From an uncultured virus (IMG/VR IMGVR_UViG_3300024999_000047) (Duplodnaviria > Heunggongvirae > Uroviricota > Caudoviricetes): a stretch of 60,759 bases of DNA. The translations under genes were made by a program, and so were the position numbers. The notes under the pieces were generated by a model. It ran no database searches and was not told the origin of the DNA. It saw only the letters and a program-made list of their open reading frames with translations. The stretch lies in IMG/VR virus record IMGVR_UViG_3300024999_000047, one strand, 5' to 3'. Shown here piece after piece: positions 53,461 to 60,759 of the stretch (position 1 is its first letter; each line of letters begins with the position of its first letter).

Positions 53461-55017
53461 TTATATTCCAATCTTACCATGTTTCGGTCTGCAATATGCA
53501 GATTCAGAAAATACACCTGTATTACCATTAAACTTTAATAACATAGCAACTCCTGTATCACTTGAATTTTCTCCATTCCTATTCTTTTCAAAAAACAACA
53601 TTCTGTATACACCAGTTTCATCAACAACATATTCTTCTTCGCACCATTTTCCATCAATTAATTTTCTTCTAAATGGTCTACAATAAAACCTTTTATTTTC
53701 TTTATCTAATTCATCTGAAAATACAGGTCTTATTAATAATAATGTTTCAAGTATTTCTTTTATTTGTTTTGATTGTGATAAAACAGATGCATCTAAAAAT
53801 AATGTTCCAAATAATGATTGTGCTAATTGAACACTTGCTAATCCTATTAAATTATATTTTTTTGCAACCTTATCTAATTCTCTAGAATCTTTAATTAAAT
53901 TTAACCAATTATTATCTCCTCTATCATTACTAATTTCTGCTTTGAATGTATCATATAAAAATGTATCAAATCCATAACTTAAAGCATATTGACGTATTTT
54001 TTTCTTTACTAAATTTATATCTGCATCAGCAATTTGAATAAATTTAAAATATTTTTTATATTCTTCATTCCATAATTTTTGTGCTTTTTTTATGTATTCT
54101 TTATCTTGTTCTGTTAACTCATCTTTATTTTTTATTTTCTTTTTAGTAACTTTATAATATTTAAATTTTTTAGCAAGTAACCAAGTTATTAATTGTATTT
54201 TAAAAACAGAACTTTTTTGTTCATTTGTAATAATTATTATCTTTCTTTCGTAATTAACTAATCCCATTAATATTGTAATCCACATTGTAGACTTCCCACT
54301 TGAAGAAAAACCACCTAACATATTTAATGTTCCATCTAAAAATCCACCAATTTGATTAGAAGTATAAGGGAAACAAGTTACATCATTTTCATTAATATCT
54401 TTTCCACATATATCAAAAGGTACTCCACTTTCTAAACCTTCTTGTAAGTCATTAATAAATTGGTCACTTATCTCTAAATCTCCTTCTTCTAAGATTTTAC
54501 TACTATTTCCTGTGGCAAAAGATGATAATTTATTTTCATAATATTCTAATACACTTTCACTGTCCATTTTTCTAAATAATTCAATTGGTATAATTTTTTT
54601 GCCATTTTCTTCAATTAATTTTAATAAATTAAAACCATTTTCATGAAGATTTAATAAAATATTTTCTCTATAAAGAATATCTAAATATGTATCCCAATTT
54701 TTTTCATTAATAATATTTATGAGATTTTGAATTGAATTCCATCCACCTCTATCTTGAAAACCAGATTCAATTTTTTCAGATATACTAGACAATACAGTAA
54801 TTTCATCAATTGAATTAAAACCCTTATCTCTAATATTTTTTGCTAATGCAAAATAAAAACGTCCGTCAATAGATAAGAAATCTTTTACTTCTAATTTTGT
54901 TTCATCTAATAATAATAAATCTTTATAAATACAAGCAATAACATTACCTTCTACTGATTTCCTTCCTTGTAATAATTCTTTAAGATATTTTTCTGAGCCA
55001 CTAATAAAATCTTTCAA
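53461..55017 (-). CDS. DnaB-like replicative helicase
   Basis: GGFSSSGKST Walker A, NEQ, YDT, SVQL, KNRNG. Confidence 0.9.
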   Translation of the reverse strand: MKDFISGSEKYLKELLQGRKSVEGNVIACIYKDLLLLDETKLEVKDFLSIDGRFYFALAKNIRDKGFNSIDEITVLSSISEKIESGFQDRGGWNSIQNLINIINEKNWDTYLDILYRENILLNLHENGFNLLKLIEENGKKIIPIELFRKMDSESVLEYYENKLSSFATGNSSKILEEGDLEISDQFINDLQEGLESGVPFDICGKDINENDVTCFPYTSNQIGGFLDGTLNMLGGFSSSGKSTMWITILMGLVNYERKIIIITNEQKSSVFKIQLITWLLAKKFKYYKVTKKKIKNKDELTEQDKEYIKKAQKLWNEEYKKYFKFIQIADADINLVKKKIRQYALSYGFDTFLYDTFKAEISNDRGDNNWLNLIKDSRELDKVAKKYNLIGLASVQLAQSLFGTLFLDASVLSQSKQIKEILETLLLIRPVFSDELDKENKRFYCRPFRRKLIDGKWCEEEYVVDETGVYRMLFFEKNRNGENSSDTGVAMLLKFNGNTGVFSESAYCRPKHGKIGI

Positions 55018-55508
55018 TTAACCACCTCAAATTCATCCAAATATTCATTAAGATTCTTTTTTCTATTTTTAGAAGTATATTTAACACTAATTATTTCTAC
55101 ATTTATTTCTTTGTCCTTTTCTTTCTTAGGAATTTTATAATCAACAAGATTATTTTTTAATATAGTAGAAAAATATCTTATCTTACCATATTCAGTGTCA
55201 AAATCTTTTTTCATAAATTTTTCTAATTGTGATTTATTATCTTGTATATAGGAGTTAATTTTACCATATGAATGAATATTTGATATTTCACTTAATTCTT
55301 TAAATATAGCAGTATTAATTACCTTATATCCAAATATATCATTTATCATATTAAAAACTATTATTTTACTTTCTTTTTCTTCTTGTATTTTAATATAATC
55401 TTGTTCACTACAATAATAATTATTTTTACCATTTATAACTACTTTGTATAAAGTATTTCTCTCTTTTTTAATTCCATGACATTTACATATTACAAGCATA
55501 AAATACAC
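55014..55508 (-). CDS. putative helicase loader / Zn-binding replication protein
   Basis: CKCH..YYC, KIRYF..ILKN; position just upstream of the helicase. Confidence 0.5.
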   Translation of the reverse strand: MYFMLVICKCHGIKKERNTLYKVVINGKNNYYCSEQDYIKIQEEKESKIIVFNMINDIFGYKVINTAIFKELSEISNIHSYGKINSYIQDNKSQLEKFMKKDFDTEYGKIRYFSTILKNNLVDYKIPKKEKDKEINVEIISVKYTSKNRKKNLNEYLDEFEVVN

Positions 55509-55518
55509 CTCTTTAATA

Positions 55519-55546
55519 ATAAAAGAGGGAATATTCCCTCTTTTAT
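55519..55546 (-). terminator. intrinsic terminator
   Basis: Palindrome ATAAAAGAGGGAATATTCCCTCTTTTAT. Confidence 0.75.
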
Positions 55547-55553
55547 TTAATTA

Positions 55554-56672
55554 TTATTCAAATAATGATAAAATATTTTCAAATGCTTTTGTTGGTAAAG
55601 CAATATCAAATTTTGATGTGCCATAACTAGAAAGTATTTCTTTAACTTTTATTTTTTGTTCTGGAGTAGATGTTTTATATTTAGTAGTGATTGATTTAAT
55701 TAATTCTTTGTTTTTTTCTTCATCAATTACATCTGTTTCTATTGTATCAATCTTATTTTCAATTTCTTTTTTAGGGTTTTCTTCAATAATATTATCCTCA
55801 GAAGTATTTACTTCAAAATTATATCTTTCTTTTTGTTTTTTGATTGCAGTTAGAATAGCATTAATAAATTCATCTGCACCAAAATCAATTTTAGGTTCAA
55901 TATCAATAAAATGTGATTTAACATCTATTGCATATTCTTCATCTCTAAATACTACAACTCTGCGTTCTGAAGATATTCTTCCTACTTGTTTATCTTTTTT
56001 ATTGAAAGCATCTTTAACAGTTTCTAAATCATTCATTTCTCTTTCTATGTATGCACATGCAACGATATTAACTTTATCCTTGATAGCATTATAATATTTA
56101 GCATCTAAGTTTGAAGTGAGTTGTTCAAATTCAATATCTGTCATTAAATCTTTTTTATTTTTAACTTTTGTATGTCCAATAAAGAAAATACCGTAACCTG
56201 CATTTCTTAATTTAAATATTGTTGTAATAGCCAAATCTACAACTTTATTTTCACCTTTTTGAAATCCTCCAAATGCTTGAGAAATAGATTTTACTCTTTT
56301 TTCTGGAATAACACTTGCATTATAGATAGAAACTGCTTCTTCTTCCCCTAATCTAAATAATTCATCTACAGTATCAATACCAATTAATTTTAAATTTTTA
56401 TAATCTGTATTTCTATATTCAACTAATTCATCTACTATTTGTTCTAATTCTGCCCAATCATTTGCTCTATCATTGAGTATTCCACCTAAATGTTCAGGCA
56501 GTGGTTCTTGACCTATAGTTAGAAGTAAAAATCCATCTTCTCCATAAAGTTTTCTACCGATTTCATATGCCATAGTCGTTTTCCCAATTCCGGCGATCCC
56601 ATCTAACAAATAACTAAAATTTGCAAAATCAACTTTAATTTCTTTTCTTACTCCTACTTTTCTTCTACTCAT
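55554..56672 (-). CDS. AAA_24/Sak4-like ATPase
   Basis: GIAGIGKTT Walker A, IGIDTVD Walker B, FIGH, KS. Confidence 0.85.
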   Translation of the reverse strand: MSRRKVGVRKEIKVDFANFSYLLDGIAGIGKTTMAYEIGRKLYGEDGFLLLTIGQEPLPEHLGGILNDRANDWAELEQIVDELVEYRNTDYKNLKLIGIDTVDELFRLGEEEAVSIYNASVIPEKRVKSISQAFGGFQKGENKVVDLAITTIFKLRNAGYGIFFIGHTKVKNKKDLMTDIEFEQLTSNLDAKYYNAIKDKVNIVACAYIEREMNDLETVKDAFNKKDKQVGRISSERRVVVFRDEEYAIDVKSHFIDIEPKIDFGADEFINAILTAIKKQKERYNFEVNTSEDNIIEENPKKEIENKIDTIETDVIDEEKNKELIKSITTKYKTSTPEQKIKVKEILSSYGTSKFDIALPTKAFENILSLFE

Positions 56673-56714
56673 AAGTAATCTCCTTTTATTTAATATTTAT
56701 TATTTTATTAAATC

Positions 56715-56733
56715 AAGGGGAATTTCACCCCTT
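56715..56733 (-). terminator. probable intrinsic terminator
   Basis: AAGGGG / CCCCTT stem. Confidence 0.6.
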
Positions 56734-56737
56734 AATT

Positions 56738-57955
56738 TTATTCTAAATCTAAATCCATATCAGCAAAAATGTCTTCATCATTATTATCATTGGATTTATT
56801 ATCTTTCTTAATTTCTAATGGTTTAACAATAAAATCATCTGTATTATACAATGTATCTTTACGTCCTTTTGTATATCCTTTTGCTACATTTACTATTACC
56901 ATTTCTGAAATTCTATCTCCGTATAAGGGTGTGTCTCCCATTTCTTTTCTAATATCATCAAGAGTAATAGCACCTAATTCAAGAAGTTCTTTTTGTGTTT
57001 CATCAAGCATATCAGGAGTAATTTCAACTTTTTGTGAACCATCTAAAATCTTAATCTTAACACCAATTTCTTTCCATGTTTTATCTTTAACAGTGAATTG
57101 TTTTTCAAATAAATTATTTAATTTTTTATTTGCTTCATTAGTTTCATCTTTTGATGTATCTAAAACTAATGTTACAGGGCAACCAATAGTTTCTTTTCTA
57201 GTATTATCATATTCCCTAATATATGTATTGATATTTATTTTATTAGTTTTACTGAGTAAGCTTTTATCAACACTATCTTTATTAAAAAATACTGTCAATT
57301 GTCCTGTAGATGTAGGGATAGCATCTTTTTCAACAAGATAAATCCTTGATGGTACATATTTTCTATAATATTTGCCTGTTTTATCTGAATATTGATAAAC
57401 TATATTGCCTAATACTTTAAATAATCTATTGTCTACTTTACCAGAAGAAATAACTTTATATAAATATTCAGTATAATCAGATTCAGCAATAAATTCTTTT
57501 CTTTTCTTTCTGCTATTTTCAATTTCTGTATTTATATCTTCAACATTTAATTCTTCTATGTCTTTTTCTGATGCAGTACCATCTAATATTCTTTCTAATT
57601 TATATCTTCTTCCATATTCTTCTAAATCAATAACAAATTTTTTAAACTCTGCAACTTTTTCTACTTCTTTTGGATTGAATCTATTCTTCCATAATATTTC
57701 TAGTTTTTCACCTTTTATTTGATTGCCTTCTGCATCTTTGCCACCTTTTGAAAAAGTATATATTTTACCTTCTCCGTTAGCAAAATAACCACCTTTAGAT
57801 TCAAGCATGTGACGATTATCTCCTGCAACAACATTAAAAAGTAATTTATTATTAGTCCATCCACTAGGGTAACTTTCTGTAGTATAAGGTTTAAATTTTT
57901 CAGATTCTTTACCTATTGATAATTTACCAACAAATTCAAATGTATTATTTGCCAT
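56738..57955 (-). CDS. putative single-stranded DNA-binding protein
   Basis: NTFEFVGKL OB-like start, acidic C-terminal tail, heads the replication operon. Confidence 0.6.
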   Translation of the reverse strand: MANNTFEFVGKLSIGKESEKFKPYTTESYPSGWTNNKLLFNVVAGDNRHMLESKGGYFANGEGKIYTFSKGGKDAEGNQIKGEKLEILWKNRFNPKEVEKVAEFKKFVIDLEEYGRRYKLERILDGTASEKDIEELNVEDINTEIENSRKKRKEFIAESDYTEYLYKVISSGKVDNRLFKVLGNIVYQYSDKTGKYYRKYVPSRIYLVEKDAIPTSTGQLTVFFNKDSVDKSLLSKTNKININTYIREYDNTRKETIGCPVTLVLDTSKDETNEANKKLNNLFEKQFTVKDKTWKEIGVKIKILDGSQKVEITPDMLDETQKELLELGAITLDDIRKEMGDTPLYGDRISEMVIVNVAKGYTKGRKDTLYNTDDFIVKPLEIKKDNKSNDNNDEDIFADMDLDLE

Positions 57956-58043
57956 ATGTATAATCTAATCTCCTTTTAATTTATATTTTTATTTTTACAA
58001 TCTGTATATTTATTTAATAGTTAACTATTAAACTCACTAAATT

Positions 58044-58328
58044 CTATTCTTCATCCTCATTATCACCTTCATCATCTTCAATAAGCCTTAAACTTCCTTC
58101 TTGCATTTCAACCACAGACCAAGTTTCTTTATGTTTGCCATCACTAGGAATAAATTCAATTTCTACTTTTTCAGGTTTAGCACCTTTCAATTTAGTTATA
58201 TTACCTTTTTTTAACTCTCCATTCTCGGTAATAAATCTAATTCTATCTCCTTCAGAAATAGTTTGTAATTCATCTGTACTAGTTTTTACTTCAATAGATT
58301 CATACGGTACTTTTATAATTTCTACCAT
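58044..58328 (-). CDS. hypothetical protein
   Basis: 94-aa ORF with SD. Confidence 0.6.
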   Translation of the reverse strand: MVEIIKVPYESIEVKTSTDELQTISEGDRIRFITENGELKKGNITKLKGAKPEKVEIEFIPSDGKHKETWSVVEMQEGSLRLIEDDEGDNEDEE

Positions 58329-58387
58329 AAATAAATCATTTCTCCTTTTCTTTTTAAATTTTATCTTAAATTTAATTTAAAACCCAA

Positions 58388-58462
58388 GCTTGAATAAAAT
58401 ATTCCATTGATGCTGATTTTTAGAAAATTAACACCCTCTAAACCCTTAATTTATAGAGGTTT
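58388..58462. repeat. dif/cer-like core site plus 23-bp accessory palindrome
   Basis: GCTTGAATAAA atattcca TTGATGCTGAT, then AAACCCTTaatttatAGAGGTTT at 58440. Confidence 0.7.
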
Positions 58463-58655
58463 TATAATTGGTATATTTTGTAAATCACCCTTTCTACTTA
58501 GTTTTTTCTTACTTTTTAAATTTTTGATGAAATTTTCTTAATTCATTCCTACTTTCATAATTATAATTACATTCTGTATAGTTGTCAAGAGAGAATTTAA
58601 ATATTTTTTTGTTTTTGGTAAGTATAAATTCTCCCTTGAATAATAAACTTGATAA

Positions 58656-59566
58656 TTAAATATCACAAATAAACTCTTTGTGATATTGTTTTTCTGCTAT
58701 TTCACGGGCATTAACTGCTTCATCAAAACTATTAAACCTACCTAAATAAATTTGTTTTTTATTATATGTAATTGATGCCATCCATTTATCTCTTGAATTA
58801 TCCCAAGATACACCTTTTCTTCCAGATGTATTATTACTATATGTTTTACTATTTATATGATTTTCAAAACATTCACAAATTCTAAGATTTATTTTTCTAT
58901 TATCATGCACAACATGATTAATATGATCGACATGTTTTGTTCCATCTGAATTCATAATTAACATATGCATTCTTACATATTCACCAAATGGATTTGAAAA
59001 TACATATCCTTCTGGATTATACGACCAAGTATATCCTTTAATTAAATCATAGTCTTCTAAATCAAAATAAAATTCCTCACCTTTTGATGTATAACCAATT
59101 CCATAATCACCTGATAAGTCATATTCATTTAATAATCTATTATTCTCGCCCATAATTTTCATAGATTCTGCATGTAGACAACCACATGATTTAGTGTTAC
59201 CTGATTTTAAAGAAGGTGTAGAAACATAGATAATAGTTTTATTTTCACAATTACATTGGTTTTAATTCATATGAATTCTTAATTACATAATTACCACATT
59301 CACATTTGCATTTCCATACAGCATTTTTATTTTCAGTTCTTATTAATTCTTCTACTACTAATCTATCAAATTTCTGTCCAATTAAATTAATTATTTTACT
59401 TTTAGAAGAACATAGTTTACATCTAGTAGTATTACCTGAAGTTAAATTGTTTCCTTGCACTAAAAATTCTGTTTGGAATTCACAATCACATTTACATAGC
59501 CAATATAGTTAAATTACCAAATTTTTTACCAGTTAAATCTTTTATTCTATTTATTCTTTCCTCCAA
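58656..59566 (-). pseudogene. HNH/AP2 homing endonuclease with frame-disrupted N-terminal Cys repeats
   Basis: VDHINH..DNR..NLR HNH and NNTSG.KGV AP2 domains are intact in 58656..59162. Upstream DLTGKKFG / WLCKCDC / SGNTKSCGC modules lie in three frames. Confidence 0.75.
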
Positions 59567-59579
59567 TAGCAATCTCCTT

Positions 59580-60759
59580 TCATCTTATTTCTACTAAATA
59601 TTTAATAGTAGTTTGACTTTCATTGTATATAACTATTTCATCTCTTTTAAGCATACCAGTACCACCATGAGCATGTAATACATTCGCATTAGGACACATT
59701 TTTTGTAAATTTTTATAATCTAAATTATGAAATTTATTATCAAATGAATATACATCATATGGCTTACCATAAGCAACCGAATTTAATGACATAAAGGCTG
59801 AATTAGAAGTACCTTTACTCCAATAACTTCCATTGATAGATGTATATCCTTTACTCTTATCTGCGGAATTACTGAAATAACAACCATCACCAAACATCGA
59901 ACCTGTGTACAAAGCATTTGCAGGTCTTATTTTTAATCCTGAATTGATAATACTCCACCAATTCTCATTTCTACTCCCATGCCATAATAGTTTTTTAGCT
60001 TTTATATTTTCTTTTTGTATGAATTCATCATATCTTTCTTGTGTCTTTAAATTAATAACTTTCCATGCAGAATAAAACTTATTACTAATTTCACCTAATT
60101 CTTTCTTAATCATTTTCAATTCTTCTTGTGTGACTTCTTTAAATTGTAATCCCATTGCATCTAATATTGTTTTATTATTTTCTACTTCTGTTTTAGTATT
60201 TTCATTTTCATTATCATCTTTTTCTTCAATGGAGTGTTGAATGACCTGACCTTTCATTATATCAAGTAAATCTTGTTCTCTTTGAATTATTTCAGAATAA
60301 TCTTTATTTGTTTTTGCAAGATAATCTTTAACTTTTCCCATTTTTCTAGGGATAGTTTTAAATAAGTCAACTAATATCTTATTAAATAATTCAATATCAT
60401 CAGTGTTAATTAAATTATTCAATATTAATTGTGCTTCAGTGATCATAACCTGCGTTACATTATTTGAACTAATCGTATAGTTATCTTTAATTGCTTGTCG
60501 TGCCATTGCTTGTAATCTTGCTACAATTTGTGCTATAGAAGGATTATTAATATCAAGATATTCTTTCTTCTTGTTTGGTGTAATAGTAGTTTCTGCAACA
60601 AGTCTAGAATTATCTACATATCCCTTCTTTATCTTACTTTTATATGTAGATTCCCATTTAGATATTGGATAAGTTTTTGTTTGATAGCCAGAAGTTCCTA
60701 TTCTTCCATATTTACTAACAAAATTTCCATCTCCACTATCCAACATCTGGTAATACTTG
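59580..60759 (-). CDS. PARP-family ADP-ribosyltransferase (WGR-like, regulatory and catalytic domains); 5' end outside the window
   Basis: KYYQM..KYGRIG..KIKKGY WGR-like; IPRKM; LLWHGSR, GSMFGDGCYF, KSKGY, DEIVIY (H-Y-E triad). Confidence 0.9.
   Translation of the reverse strand, partial: KYYQMLDSGDGNFVSKYGRIGTSGYQTKTYPISKWESTYKSKIKKGYVDNSRLVAETTITPNKKKEYLDINNPSIAQIVARLQAMARQAIKDNYTISSNNVTQVMITEAQLILNNLINTDDIELFNKILVDLFKTIPRKMGKVKDYLAKTNKDYSEIIQREQDLLDIMKGQVIQHSIEEKDDNENENTKTEVENNKTILDAMGLQFKEVTQEELKMIKKELGEISNKFYSAWKVINLKTQERYDEFIQKENIKAKKLLWHGSRNENWWSIINSGLKIRPANALYTGSMFGDGCYFSNSADKSKGYTSINGSYWSKGTSNSAFMSLNSVAYGKPYDVYSFDNKFHNLDYKNLQKMCPNANVLHAHGGTGMLKRDEIVIYNESQTTIKYLVEIR

Noticed and set aside
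697..59512. All plus-strand ORFs in the track
   Set aside because: Antisense shadows of minus-strand genes, rich in Leu/Ile/Ser/Phe, with no SD or recognisable motifs.
1..60759. Stop-codon reassignment
   Set aside because: TAA, TAG and TGA all terminate intact conserved genes and long genes are unfragmented; only two isolated in-frame TAAs were seen.
1..60759. tRNA or rRNA genes
   Set aside because: No GC-rich cloverleaf or T-loop GTTCGA context noticed; not checked computationally.

Overview
Very AT-rich segment of a large Firmicutes (probably anaerobic clostridial) phage or prophage with SPbeta-like organisation. Every credible gene is on the minus strand. From the right end: PARP-family ADP-ribosyltransferase, degenerate HNH/AP2 nuclease, replication module (SSB-like, AAA/Sak4-like ATPase, loader, DnaB, primase, RecJ, LAGLIDADG, DnaE, ERCC4), then a long accessory region. 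That region holds a PRPS-like/NAMPT-like pair (NARP1-type NAD+ reconstitution), three DNA methyltransferases, a Mom-like enzyme, NrdD/NrdG, dUTPase, PyrB, ThyX, Gmk, four PD-(D/E)xK-type homing endonucleases and many small hypotheticals. No structural genes, tRNAs, integrase or cas1/cas2 were recognised. Non-obvious structure: (1) about 13 intergenic dif/cer-like sites (11-bp arm, 8-bp variable core, 11-bp arm), most with phased accessory motifs, that partition the accessory genes into cassette-like modules, including two 180-bp twin-site elements of identical geometry; (2) a repeat-spacer-repeat CRISPR mini-array with a structured leader directly upstream of a C-terminally truncated TnpB-family gene; (3) recurrent ATA start codons behind strong Shine-Dalgarno sequences; (4) a conserved RBS-sequestering leader shared by two homing endonuclease genes. 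All calls are by eye from motifs; no database searches were run.
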